Source: Harriotta raleighana
Lineage: Eukaryota
Reading direction: 5' to 3'
NCBI GenBank assembly: GCA_050575255.1
Contig: JBNZDD010013499.1
Coordinates: 310,001 to 374,000, forward strand
DNA length: 64,000 nucleotides
Of the stretch, positions 21,939 to 35,941 are shown piece by piece. The notes beneath the pieces were generated by a model. It did not search any database and was not told the origin of the DNA. It saw only the letters and a list, made by a program, of their open reading frames with translations. The position numbers and the translations under genes are program-made. Numbering within the stretch: the stretch's first letter is position 1; each line of letters starts with the position of its first letter.

Positions 21939-23095
21939 CTGAAAGAAAATTCATAGAATCATAGAATTTTACAGCACAAAAGGAGTCCAGTCGGCCCATC
22001 GAGTTTGTGCCGGCTCTTTGAAAAGAGCTATTCACAGTCAATCCCACTCCCTAGCTCTCTCCCCAAAACAAAATGATCTCATCCCCAAAATCAGTTACAA
22101 AACTCCTGAATTGTAAAACCCATGGGGAAGGAATAGCAAAATTACATACCTTAACATGAGCGACGCAATTAGCGGAGTGGAACTTCATAGCATTTTACGG
22201 CAACTTTATGTAAAGAGAACCTTCTACAATTACAACTACATTCGTAATTCAGATTGTAAGTCCTAAAAATATGAATGCCTGCACCTCATTCCCAAATGAA
22301 ATAACAACTTGCATTTATACAGCGTCCCTCACACAGGGTAGCATCCCAGAGCATTCTAAACTACAAGTACTAGTTCTCCACTGCTAGTTGTTTGGTGTAG
22401 AGGTTTCCTAATTTCTGGTAAATGGTTGCACAGGTCTCAATGTCAAAATCATACTGCTGACCTAAATAGGCATGCCATTAATGCTCAATTCATTTAGGGA
22501 TATTACCATCCTACCACTCAAGATTCTGGGGCCTCCAGGAGGCAGTATAAAAAATCACCTAGGATGTAATGCAACTGCTTCTAGAAACTTTGTTATTGAC
22601 TGATAAAAACTGCCATTGGTAGAACTAACTCTAAAACATAAAACAATCATAAAAAAGGCTACAGCATTTTAAATTCTGGACCCAATTCCCTCTTTCCAAT
22701 TCCTACTAGAATTTGTTGAAAGATTATTTCAGACATTTGTTTAAACACAAAGCAAATTTTTATTCTGGCAAACCAACCAGGTCTGTTGAGAACTAGGATG
22801 GAGGAACTAACAAACCTCACCTAAAAAAACAATTGCAGAATCAAAGTGAAGATGAGCTAACCATGCTAGCCCAAACACTTCCTTCCTCCCTTCCTAACCA
22901 CAATTCAAAACAAACCTATGATTTAAAACTAATTTTGGCTAACAAACCAGATTTACAAATTGAAACAGATGTACACAAGTTTAGATAATAAGCTGTGGTT
23001 GTAGCCACAAAGATAACCCAGTTATTGTATTAGCTAGCCTTTTTGAGATAAGACTGTAGAAGAAACATTTTAGAAGTATTCATTGTTGAATATAC

Positions 23096-23230
23096 CTGAC
23101 TTCCATCTGGTTTCTTAATTACAAAGACCTCGCTCCAGATTTGTATACCAGTAGTTTCTCGTTCACATCCACCTCGCCATGTGAATCCAGTTAATGGATC
23201 ATCATCTCCCCCCAGCCAAGTACCAGAATT
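23096..23230 (-). CDS. ATL2: atlastin-2 exon 3 (G2)
   Basis: ctgcag|AAT...CAG|gtatat; 135 nt; [45 protein letters not shown]. Confidence 0.97.
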
Positions 23231-23994
23231 CTGCAGAAGAGAAGTTAACACTTTACAAATAATAGCAAAGCATATTCATGTTAGCAGAATCAACAAAAAT
23301 ATTTATGTAATAGTTTTACCCTAACACAGGGTGGTCCAACCTTTTGGCTGCTGTGGACTGAATCCGCATCAGCAATATTTATGCATTTCCCTTCCAGAAG
23401 CAAAATCATATAACAATATAAATTGTGTATATATTACTTCATCTCACTATTTTAGATACAATGCAAACTTTAAATAGACAATGTAAACATTTATATAGAT
23501 GGTAAAACCCACACTTAAAGTACATTTATGCAAGAATAAACATTAAATTAAGAGTAAACAATGTTAAGAGAATTAAAATGCACATAATTTAACAGCTTTA
23601 ACAAAGAGCAAAGTAATAATAAAAATATGCATCAAGTTAAATTTTATGCATTAAAATCAAACAAGATAAACTCATCATATAGAGGCCCCTACAGAAAATG
23701 CTCATCAATATAGATCTATAATTTCACAAGGGACAAAATAAAGATACACATATGTAATACTGTAATAACAATATCCAGCAAACAGGTTTACAGTGTATGA
23801 AAATCAAATTCTTCTATTTAATATACATGAATATAAGGTATATTAATACACAAATCCGTGCATTTGATATAGCGCTTTTTGCGACTTTGAGACATATCAA
23901 AGCGCTTCACAGAATATACTGTAAAGTGAATTGATTGTACATTTTGTGGGAAAAATACAGCAGCCACTTGCACAGCACTTATACTTTCTATTTG

Positions 23995-24348
23995 GGTCCT
24001 ATATCTCAGTGGTTAGAGATCTCTCACAAGCGAGAGATTTGGGTTCGATCCCCGGCAGGGTGAAATGTTGGATAAGTTTCCTTACTCCACACGCTCTGTT
24101 TACCTAGCAGTAAGATGGAATCTGGTTAATTGGCAGATCGTTTTTCCAGGGAAAATGATCCTTCAAAAAATAATAATCATTTGGTCATTCAATCCACAAC
24201 TGTTTATGGGATACTGCTTTGCACAATTGGCTGTTGCATTTTGTCACAAAATATGTGGTCATTTCACTGTACAGTATATCCTGCGAAGGGCTTCGAGACA
24301 TCTCAAAGACGTGATAAGGCTCTGTATCAAATGTAAGGATTATTATTG
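23995..24348 (+). mobile_element. tRNA-derived SINE, back-to-back with a minus-strand 3' fragment at about 23850-23980
   Basis: CTCAGTGGTTAGAG...GGTTCGATCCC head; AAGGATTATTATT tail. Confidence 0.85.
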
Positions 24349-27300
24349 CCACCTCAACACTTAGGCTTGGTTTATTTAACATTGAACCACAACAATTGAA
24401 ATCCAACTGCAGTTGAAATTTCAGTCTTTTGTGTATATGAATGAGAAACAGTGAAGCTGAGAATTACTGAGAAACACACATAACTCCTACAATCCGGGTT
24501 TAGCATCACAAAATGAAAGCTGAGTCAGCTTTCTGTACATGAATACACACCCCCACCCCTCCGCCAACACTGTGCATTGCCCACAAGAATCCCTCTTCTT
24601 CTCCTACATCCAATGTCGTGCAGGTAGCTCAGTTGTTGCCTCAGAGCCAGAAGGGTATGGGTGAAGCCCCATGTCAGATTTAAGATAACACTCCAATATA
24701 GTACTGGGTGTGCTTGTTGAAGTGTCACCCTTTGGATGAGACATTAAATCTCAATCCCATTTGCTTGTTCATCTGAATATTTAAGTATCCCACGATTCAA
24801 TACAGCAAGTTTCTCCTGGTGTCCTGATGAATAATTCCTTCAGTAAAATTGTGCATTTAGTTCATGGCTTCAAGCTTTAGCTCTTGTATAATAAATCTGG
24901 AAGTTGACCAACGGCTGAACATTCTTGTACTAAACATAACACCCACTTTAATCCCAAAGCAAAAATTACTGCCATGCATTTTATCAAGGATTCCTTTGAT
25001 AAAGGATTTTTAAAAAAAACTTGGGTTCCAAATAAATGTATTTCCGAAGTGAAAGATTTCAAATGTACAGCTGAGATTTTACGTACTTTCCATTAGTGAT
25101 GCATTACACAATGCTCAAATTACAACATTTTCAAAATCCAATGTAGAATAGTGTAACTCTAGGCTGACAGGTCGGTGCAACGCTGTGGGTGTTGGAGGTG
25201 CTGTACTTCAGATGTTAAACCAATATACCGTATACCTGTTCATGTAGATGTTGAAAGATCTCATGCCTCAATTTGAAGAGAGTCTCCCCTCAGTGTTCCG
25301 ACCAACAACCCCCAAATAAAATTTGTCATTGTACTGCACAAAAGGCAAAGCAACTTCACAAACAATCTGCTTCTTATGATGTACAGTTGCTGCAAATAAT
25401 CAGCAAATGAACCATTTACTCACACCTGTTACTCAAATCAAATTTAGTGAAGTCATAAATAGGGCTTAAAGTCAATAGTGCTCAAGTGTAGAATTCCTGC
25501 AAATCTCAACAGCTGCCTCACGGGCTTTTAAAGCAACAAGTTCCAGCAAACAGTTGTTCCGTCTGTGTTACTATCTGATGCAAGCTGCTACATAGTTTTG
25601 CAGGATAACTACTGAACAAAAGAATTCCTGTTTTATTGAAGTTCAAAAGAATGAGGTAGGAAATTGTGCAGTAGTAAATAGATGCAGTACATCTGAAGTG
25701 TAACCCAAAAGCCACACGGATGTAGGCAAGTATTTTCCATTTCATCACTCGGCATTTCTTGCATTCTGATAAATTAATTACAGGATTCAAAGTTTTGTAG
25801 ATATACTTGCTCAAACCATTCAAAGTTGGACAAATTTATTCCCAAAGCAATAGTGCCTCGAAAACACAATTTTAAAAATTCTGCATAATTTTAACGGAGG
25901 TGGGAGAAAGTTTCTGATGAAGAAAGTAATGGCCAGGGACTAACAAAACGCTATTTAGACATGAAAAACAAATGGCTATTGAAACAGAATCAACAAAGTA
26001 ATTTAAATAGGAAATATACAATCGGACAATACTTAGCAATAAACAGATATGGAAAATAACAAGTTAGAAGAATTAAATATTAAAATTCCAATGAGGAGCC
26101 AGCATGGCAAAGGAACAACTGTGAAGGTAAGCAAAAAAATACATTTGAGAAGCAAAGCAGAGTATGTTCAATGAAAAAGTGTCTAGAGAACAGTGACTAC
26201 ATTTCTGAAAGAGGCATTGCTGCTCCCTATTATTCACATTATTCAAAGGGGAAGAAGCTTTTAAAAACAAAATGTATTGAGGAAATCTATCTAAACAGCC
26301 AGGCAACCTTGTGTAGGTATTTAAGAACAGGACTAATCAAGTAGATGAGCTACAGAGTGGCAGGTGGATTCCATTATCCACAGTCGAAAAGGATCTGATG
26401 TTTGGTCAAAACTCTCCAATCAATGTTAAACATTGGCACAAATCAACATTAGCTTGACGACAATTTGGAGGAATTCTAAACCATGCACATTTGTAAGATT
26501 TTATCCAATTTTAGGCAGCCAACCTGAAAATAAAGACTCATCAACTAACAGTTAATTCCTTCAAAGTGCACAGGTTTATCTATTTTGGAACATTATGGGA
26601 GGAATCAAATATTTTACAAGTTTATGGGCTGCATAAACGTTTTTACAGATTCCTTGGCATCCAAGAATTTGACCAAGAAAATTACTAAACTTTCCTGAAT
26701 TTTGTTTATGAGGTGGGAGGGGGGCCTGGAGTCCACATTAGCTTTTTGAACAATCTATCTAATTTCCATCCTCAATTTCACTCAGTGTAAAATGTGTGCA
26801 AACCAGATTAATGCTAGCAGGACCAGTACAACTAACTGTAAGTAAGTAAGTAAGTAAGCACTACTTACAATATGATTTTTTCAGGTGTCGGAGAGGTGGA
26901 AAGATTCAATTTTGCCACCTGGACATGGCCAAAGTTAAAGCTAAGCCGTTAGGACTCAATTTCGTCAGATTAACTTACTTAGATAAATGTAATGCTTGGG
27001 AATCTACGATGAAGATTTACTTGAATTTAACAGTACAGACATACCTTACTTAAAGTTGCCGAAACATAGAACATATATTCATTTAACATTTAAGCGCTTT
27101 GAGACATCGATAAGATGTGAAAAGTGCTATATAAGTGCAAGGATTATTATTATTATATTGCGACGTTCGCTATTATGTCGTTCACACGGGTGGAAACAAA
27201 CTACTTTGGGTAGCGTAGGTGTACATAGACGCTGATCGTCCAGTATTTGTGCGCAGGCTCGCTTAACATCGTTTCACTTAGTCACACGTTTCGCAAACAC

Positions 27301-30293
27301 AACTGCGACGTTAAGCGAGGATTAAGTGTATATTACTTGTTGAACTGAACATGTAAAATATTATCCATTAACCACTGCAGCATTTACATCTGGTGTACAC
27401 AATTGATTGATTTCTTACACAACTATTAAACAACAACACAAAAAATTTCATTTTTAGAGCGCCTTTCAAATTGTGAGGATGTGCCAACGAACAAGCTGAG
27501 GTCTCTCAAAGCCTGAAGGTCCACCTGTTAAGTTGTCTATATACATACACACATTTTTTGAGCTGTAGTGATAACCTAGTCTTCACAAAGAGATAGAACA
27601 GATGTACAATGCAGTCAACCCTTCCTGCATGTGACTTTCTCAAGTGCGGATTTGCCTACACGCGAAGAAATAAATGCAGCACTTTTTTGTGTAACGCGAG
27701 TACAATTTGCGTATACGCCCTGGCTGGCCCCGTGTGCATGCGCATTTGGGAGGACGCCCGCCCCACGGTAAAAAAAAACTTTTTCTGCAGGAGCATAATC
27801 AACAGCTGAAAATGCTCAACAGAAAGGGTGGTTTGTGTGAAGAATTAGGACTGGAACTATTTAAGAAAACTTCATGCTGCAACACAAAGAAATCAGGGTT
27901 GGCTTTCTGGAAAGACAAATCTAAATCAATTCCCATGATCACAGACACAGTTTCTGCCATTTTGCTACACAATGCCAACACATGGCAATGCAGTTTGTCA
28001 TCAAAACTAGTAACCAAGAATAATGATATTCAATCTTCTATTAGAGTAAACCCTCCAGAATTCATACCTAGCCAGACTAGGGCTGAAACAGATAAAACTC
28101 ACTCTCCTAGTCATACCTGCCGCAGTGCTTTGCTGGCCTTTAATAGCCAGGGAGATTGATCCATTTTGACTATCTTCTGCTTGTGATAAACAATTACAAT
28201 GCTGGTACTAGCATTTTTCAGCATTCAAGCTGGGGTTTTAATGCATTATAATAATAATCCTCCCTTGCACTTGATATAGTGCTTTTCTCGTCTTCCAGAC
28301 GTCTCAAAGCGTTTCATAGAATATCCTGTAAAGTGAATTGACTGTATATTTGTGGGCTAAACGCGGTAGCCAATTGCTTTCTGTGCATGCCAGTACTCCT
28401 TGCCCACCTTGTTAGCTGTCAACAATAATAATCAACATTGGGTTGCAGAAAAATGCCAATTAAGCCATTATTTTGTGTCAGTGGAACAAATTCCAAGATT
28501 GTTGAAAAATTGCCAACAATTCCATCAACAAAAAGCACAACAAAACATAAAGGCGACATTTCTGGATTACTCAAATGCAATGAGCCAGAGAAAAAAAACT
28601 TGATATCAGCTTTTGTTTTTGGTGGGGCAGCGAAAAGAAATGCGATGTAGCCCAAGGATATGTACTCGCTGTGGGTGTCGCTGCATTTTTTAAATGCTGC
28701 TGCTTTTTGCGTCCCTGTGAATTACAGCACCTCTTTAGGAAACCCTGCAAGATTTATGAACTAAAACAAGCGATTCAAACCAGTCATGTCCTCCGATGGA
28801 GGCCATTCAATTACACACTAAATAGTCTTAAATTAACACAATTTTCACATTTCTTTACATTGGCTGTAATGCTGAGTTTGAGCTGGCAGTAATGGGAAGT
28901 AGTTGAAACTCAGTAAATGTAGTGTTAAGTACAAGGCTGTACGCTTTTCAAGTGATTCTATAATTCTATCAGAAAAGAACAATTCTGCATGGTACAGCAA
29001 TTAAATATCCTAAATATGGTACACCCAAACCATTGCTACAAAACCAACCATAAATATGAAAATAAAGCTATATTTGGTGTTTTAATCGTCCCACTGTTTG
29101 TGGGACAGAGCTGGGTGCAAGTGGCTATCGCATTTCACCCACGAATATGTAATCAATTCACTTTACAGTATATCCTATGAAGCGCTTTGAGACGTCTAGA
29201 AGACGTGAAAAGTTCTATATCAAATGCAAGGATTATTATTTATCTTATTTTCTCCCAATAAACTCTGGAAAACAACCCAAAGCACAAAAGTGCTACATAA
29301 AAGGATGCAGATGCACAGGTTATTGTGTCGCAATTCCATCTCTGAGGAAGTGGAATTAATGGAAGAAAACCATTTAAAATACTGTATAAATATTTCAGGC
29401 TATCCATAGCATTTCCTCTCAATGTTTCAATACCTCATATTTAGTAAAATATGATTATAAAGTAAATTTCATGCAAAATTCAAGAGAATATGTTTTTAAA
29501 AAACGACAAGGAAAACTACCAGGATTATGGGGGCAGGAACTTGCATGAAAAATGTCAAATGTAAGTTTAGTTTAAAAATACTCAATTAGTGAAGATATCC
29601 CAAATGAAACTCCTCTAATCAAGCAAATTGCATTCCTCAGCATTGAATCCACAAACTATCTGAAAGAGAAGCACTTTACAACAGGCTGCTGTGGTACAAT
29701 TTCAATTCAGACACAAATGTGTTGAAATGCAAACACACAACACTAGCAATATTAATCTTTGGAGAATGGTGTAATACTGTAAAGCACTTTCACAATCTAC
29801 TGTAAAGTTTATTGACTATTTAGTAGACAAATAGTAGTAAATTTGCACAAATAAACTGCCATTGAAATGCATGACCAATTTTATCTGAGGGATTGTTCAC
29901 CAGGATACTGGGAGAAACTCGCTTCACTTTTCGAATAATACCATGGGAGCTGAAACACTAACGCTGCAGTGTTCTCCCACCAACGACTGGAGTGTCAGCT
30001 GAGACCAAGTGTGTGCTTAGAAGATGTGATTTTAAAAATGCCCTCCATGTACAATTCAGGATCAAGATTAATCAAGAGACTGAAAAGTTGCTATCAGCTG
30101 ATTATTTTAGTTATTTTCTCTGTTAAAAAATGTTCCAGATACAGCTATGGAATTTATATCCATTTCTTATACCTATAATTTATAATCTTTATCACCAAAT
30201 TTGTAATTTAAACCACCTTAAAGTTAAGATTAATCTAAGTGATATTCTGTCCAATCATGAGAAGCATTATAAAGCAATAACATTGTTGCTTAC

Positions 30294-30541
30294 CTGACTG
30301 TACATGTATCTCAGCATGAAGTCCAAGAGAAATGATTTGCCTTTACGAAACGCTCCAGCCACAGAAACAACTACAACATTCAAGTCCCGAATGTGTTCTT
30401 GTAATAGAATTCGCTCAAGGGCCTCTTCATCCAGGTTAAAATGATGGTTATCTTCATGAGCCAACACTACTTGCACTGGCCTAGCTTCTTTCATAGGTAC
30501 GTCATCTGAATTCATTTGAATATCCTGGACACCAAAGTGAC
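30294..30541 (-). CDS. ATL2: atlastin-2 exon 2 (P-loop GAFRKGKS)
   Basis: aaacag|GT CAC...CAG|gtaagc; 248 nt, phase-1 start; ...[62 protein letters not shown]. Confidence 0.97.
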
Positions 30542-30877
30542 CTGTTTTCAAATTTAAAAAAAGGTTTTTGTTTTAAAAAAGACTAATTTCTACACCATAT
30601 CAGCGCATATTGTAATCTTACCAGTGAACACCAATCCAAGAATCGTCTTGGAAGACCCCAAAAAGTTTCTACTGAAACTGCTTTGCTAGTGGATTAAAAT
30701 TAAAGGCTGTTCAATTTGTGAGTATGTAATGACAAATGTAGAAACACTTTATTGTGATACCATAAACATTGTGTGACAACCTTCTAAATTTTTGATATGT
30801 TCCAGTTGCTCTTTAAGTTCTGATTCCAAACAAAACTCTAGGAGTAAAACATAAATGTGGTTCCCAATGCATATTGT

Positions 30878-31185
30878 GGAGCTCCTATAGCTCAGTAGTT
30901 AAGAGTACCCGTCTTACAAGTGTGAGACCTGTGTTCGAATCCAGACAAATCAGGGAGAAACCTTGGGCAAGTTTCCTTACTCCACACGACTAATAATAAT
31001 CCCTCCAAAAAAACACAATAATTGGTCATTTCAATCCATGACTGTTTGTGGGACATTGCGGTGCTTAATTGGCTGCCACATTTCGCCCACAAATATAGTC
31101 AATTCACTTTACAGTATATTCTGTGAAGTGCTTTGAAACGTTGATAAAATGTGAAAAAGCCCTATGTCAAAGTGCAAGGATTATA
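30878..31185 (+). mobile_element. full-length tRNA-derived SINE
   Basis: same head, body and tail as 51225-51552. Confidence 0.88.
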
Positions 31186-32006
31186 AATCCATAGAACAAT
31201 GAATAATGGTTCTAAATGACTTTGCAACCAAAATATTGGGTCACAAAAGACTCCTACCTTGGTAGCTCAGAGCTGCTAAAAGTGCTGACTCAATGGGGGT
31301 ACACAACCACTAGTCACTACAATAGATATCTGTCATACAGTTACACAATGTACCCCTTTTCTTTAAAGATCCTGACATTTAAAAAATGCATTCTGCACCA
31401 GACGTAGCTGTTCCCAAAATACAGAGCAATTTCCAAGACAAGAAGGGAATTGAGGATGTAAGATATTTTATTTGCAATAAAGCAAATTTTGGCAGGATTC
31501 TCAATCTCAAAAGCCTTACTTAAAAAAAATTGTTTGCCATTAATAAAATTACCCAGCCAATGCAAACCTTGACACTTGAACATTTGCTTTATTATAATAA
31601 TAGCATTTGATATAGCGCTTTTCACGTCTTCCAGATGTCTCAAAACACTATACAGAATGTACTGTAAAGTGAATTGACTATATTTGTGAGTGAAAAATGG
31701 CAGCCAAATACAGTGTCCCACACAGTCATGGATTAAAATGAACAATTTATTATTCATTTAAGATTATATGGAATTGAAGCAAGTCATCACCTTCCCACTA
31801 ATATAATTTAAACATTTGCATAATAGTTCAGTTAAATGTAAAATACTATTCCACCCTAAACAGCTTCCTTCCCAATAACAGACCCACAGCCATTTTGATA
31901 TTTCTGAATTATTGTATAAAGGGAACTCGAAACACCCAGACAGTTAAAGGATGTAGGAAGAGCTGGAGAGGAATTAATTACAAATTCAGGAATATATATA
32001 TATAGT

Positions 32007-32400
32007 ACATAAGAACATAAGAATTAGGAGCAGGAGTAGGCCATTCAGGCCCTCAAGCCTTCCCGCCATTTGACAAGATCATGGCTGATCTATTCTAACT
32101 CCACCTACCTGCCTTATCCCCATATCCCTTAATTCCTTTATCCGCAAGAAATCTATCAATCTTAGTCTTGAATATGATCAACGACTGAGCATCTACAGCC
32201 CTTTGGGGGTAAAGAATTCCATAAATTCACTACCCTCTGAGTGAAGAAGTTTTTTTCTCAGCTCAGTGCGAAAGGGCTGACCCCCTAATTTTAAGAATGT
32301 GACCCCTGGTTATAGTTTCTCCAACCAGGGGAAATAGTCTCCCACTATCCATTCTATCTTGCCCCTTAATAATCTTACAAGTTTTTATAAGATCACCTCT
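32007..32400 (-). mobile_element. CR1-clade LINE 3' end
   Basis: CATAAGAACATAAGAA microsatellite tail plus 3' UTR; near-identical copy at 49194-49500; related fragments at about 10790-11100, 21953-22060, 53640-54050 and 56040-56280. Confidence 0.8.
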
Positions 32401-33160
32401 AACACCTCTAATAGTAATGGCAAATAGTCTTGTGTGAAAATGTGTTTTAACATATATAGTGAAACATTACAATAAGGAACATGTCCATGCATGAAGAAAA
32501 TAGTAGGTGGATAACATTTTGTTACACAATAGCATTTTTCATGGATACACAAGTATGTAGAAAGAAATCAAAAACTATAATCATTCATGCAAATATCAAT
32601 GTTTAGATGTTCACATGCTTGAGCTGATTATCAGTAATTTGTGATTTGCTAGTCAAATAATGGTTATGCTGTAGAATGGTGCGCAAAAATAAAGTTTGCA
32701 GCCTCAACTCCAATTAACCTTCGAGCAGAAATTATCCAAAATATACTAATGATGGTTCACATTCAACTTTGATACTTGTGCGTCCAAGGTATCAGATCAA
32801 AGGTGGAATTTGTTTCGGGCAGACTCCCAATGTCATGAGAAGCACCTGATTTAGACTTTGACTCTGTCTGTTGCTTTCCAAAAATAGAAAGAGGGCTAGA
32901 AACATTATTTCTTGGTTGATCATGTCACAACTAATCTTCTTTTCAGAGAGTCATGCTCAGTTTGTATTTCAGATTTCCAAGATTACATGTTGTTTGCCCC
33001 TTTGGCCAATTTAAGACAGATCACCAGGAATCGATAGAAAGGGATACAGAAAATCTCAGGTGATCCCCACAATATACAAGGTTGAGAACATCCAGAAAAC
33101 TAGGTTGTACGCAAGTAAAATGATCAAGTGAATCTGTACTTAGCATAGGTTGGATTACAC

Positions 33161-33360
33161 CAGTGGTTTCCAAAGTGTGGGGCGTGCTCCCCTTGGTGGG
33201 GGTGGGTGGAAAAGGAGCGCAACGCTGTTAGGAACTGGGAGTGAGCCAGGCTAACAGCGAGAGAGTGAGGCAGGCAAGTGAGTGAGCTGGGCCGGAAGTC
33301 AGGGATCAAGTGAGTGAACGGGCAGGCAGTCAGTGAGCAAAGATTGCACAGCACCCTTTA
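33161..33360. mobile_element. hAT-like MITE terminus fragment
   Basis: starts CAGTGGTTTCCAAAGTGTGG (hAT/Charlie-type TIR); matching right end not found; a similar terminus CAGGGTGGTCCAACCTTTT is at 23327. Confidence 0.4.
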
Positions 33361-33624
33361 GATGCACACATTCTACTTGCATTACTTTGGAACCTAGTTC
33401 CAACACTATCCCACAACACAAAAAGCTTATTTGTTTTTAAAAAATGCTTCTGTCACAGGATTTTAGATCACTTAAGATTAGTTAATGCACCGGGGTTCTG
33501 CATGCTTTGAGTATTGAAACAAAATTAATTTTAAGCAGCAATGGTTAGTACAAACTGAAATTTAAACAAAATCATTTGAGGCCAGGTTGTTCGGTATTCC
33601 CCTCAAAGTTTCTACATTCATTAC

Positions 33625-33738
33625 CATCCATGCTGCAATTTATATCTGGGGGTTTATCTCTCGGTCTTTCTAATTTCTCCGAGAATGCTCCCTGCGTCTC
33701 TTCCAATCCAGAGAGATCATGTCGAAAGTTTGGGTCAC
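33625..33738 (-). CDS. ATL2: predicted in-frame cassette exon in ATL2 intron 1
   Basis: actaac branch point, ttttgtttctgactacag acceptor, GATG|gtaatg donor; 114 nt, phase 1-1, open in the ATL2 frame. Confidence 0.7.
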
Positions 33739-35860
33739 CTGTAGTCAGAAACAAAATGTTAGTTATTGCTACAATCAAAACTTTTTTTGGGATGTTATTT
33801 TAGTGTTGCTTTCACCTTTCAAACTAAGGCACTATAAATCTAGGATGGGTAAAGAGAATGAATCATTTCTAAGCATTTATAATAGCATTTCAATAACTGG
33901 GAGATGGTTAATCCTCTCAGTCCTTGTTCTTTTTAAAAACTAATATTCTAATTTGTATTATCAGAAACCATAACATTTTCTACAAAAGCCTTAACAATTA
34001 CTCCACCAGACTTCCAGAAACAAAAAATTATATCCTGCTAACTTTAATTTCAGATTACCAGTTCCTTTTATTTTGCCACACATACTGTAAGCAAAGTAGC
34101 TTTCACAAGCAAATTCTTCAAAATATCAAGTTGTTCGATAACCTCCTGTTTGCAGTGAGTGACAATGAGCAATAAGACTGAAGAGTTGGGTCTTGGCAGA
34201 CACAGGAAAACCTGGCAATTTTGCAGTACTGTACTAGTTAGAGATGAGCTAATGTTTTGCAATAAATACAGTCAGTAGCAGAGCAACATGTATTGAACGT
34301 GAAACAGGCCCACTCACTTCATGCAACATCATATCTTCTAATCCCAAATTAATATAATTCAAACAGATCAATCTGAAAACAATAAATAAAATTAATTACA
34401 TTTTATAAAAATTGATCCTTTTGTTGAGAATGAGAACGTAATAGTTTACATTCTAACCAGTTCTAACTAAACTGTTACTTCTTATTATGATCAGTTTATT
34501 CAACGTTTCCGAAACTAGTCAAAATTGGAATTTCAAGCAGAATATCACGGCTTCTCAATTCTCTCTAATCCTTAAATTGCAAATGGTAAACTGATAAATC
34601 TATTGAAAATGAAAACTGAGTGAAACACCTTCTGCGGTGTTCAAACTAGAAAGGCTCACAGCAAGTATTGGTTTGAAAGTGGCAGCTGAATTCTGGAGAC
34701 CAACAGCAGCTCATCTATTAGAAGTCACCACATTGGCAGCTGATCTTCACCCATTCTTTCTTCGGGCAGCAAAGTCAGACAACTGGAATTAAAACTAGAG
34801 CAATTGGATACTAGAAAACAACATTTAAAAAATTGCTAACATTGTTTAGAGATCAAACTACGTTTGCTGCAGCACAAACTTCTCAATGCAAAACTAGGTA
34901 AGCTGAATCATATCATATCAAATTAATTCCTTCAAAAATTCTAGCAATACATTATTATAGTTCAAGCTTTCACTAGCTTCTTTTCTAAAGCTGCCAATTT
35001 ACTTAAGCAGAATGCCAATAGGGCTAATTCATGTATTTAGGTTAGCACTATGAGGCACCTATTTTGACTGATGCATTTCAATCAATTAGATGAAAGCAAA
35101 GTATAGAACTGTTTTACCTACCAGTCCAACACAAAATATGGCAATAACTGGCAACTTAATATAAGTTGTAGCAAATTCAGAAATTAATATAGCATTTTAA
35201 ATGGTTGGAAAGGCTGACGAGACATAAAAAACCCCATTAAATTAATAATCAGGAATTGCAGCCTAAAACGGAATCTTTCGGAAAACAGAAGTGAAATTGG
35301 AAAATAAAAATCAGCAGAACTAAAAATCAAACACAAAGGTTAAAAAAAAGCTTAGTATCACTTAAGACAAACCGTATTCTGTGTGCATAAACCAACAGGA
35401 TGCAACGCTTAAAAGCACAAAAGGTAATTATGAAATTTGATGTTTACGGATCTCAGCAGCTCCACCCTTCAAAAGAATAACATTCCAGAGGCCTAAATCA
35501 TACTTTTCTCCCAATCTGGTATTTTCTCTCCCTTGATACAGAAGCAAATGCTTCCAAATCCATGCTGATAACAAACAACCTCCCTCTTATTGTCCAATTG
35601 TTTCCCGCAGGCTAGTCTTTCCTTACATCGATATTATCTTGCCAGACGAGAAATTCCCCTCCAGTGCGCAAACCAGGAAAACCTCCTAAACATCAGAAAG
35701 TATAAACCCCAATAGCATCAGCTAGTCCCAAAGAAGAAAAAGCAAAATCAGCCAATTCTGAACACACATTATTCTAACCAAAATGAAGTTAAAGAGGATA
35801 AAGTACAATAAAGTTTGCTCAAGTAACATAATGTGCCTAAAAGGCTCAGACTGGGCTCAC

Positions 35861-35941
35861 CCGGTGGGAGAGGTGATCCGGCTGAATCACTTGCTCGTGA
35901 GGTTGCAAAACAAGGATATTTCAGTACTTTGGGAATTCTTT
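35861..35941 (-). CDS. ATL2: predicted in-frame cassette exon (or alternative first coding exon) in ATL2 intron 1
   Basis: tttatatggtttcag|AA AGA...CCG G|gtgagc; 81 nt, phase 1-1, open in the ATL2 frame. Confidence 0.6.

Noticed and set aside
27707-28159. 150-aa plus-strand ORF in ATL2 intron 2
   Set aside because: non-ATG start in a CpG-rich repeat fragment, no recognisable domain, antisense to ATL2
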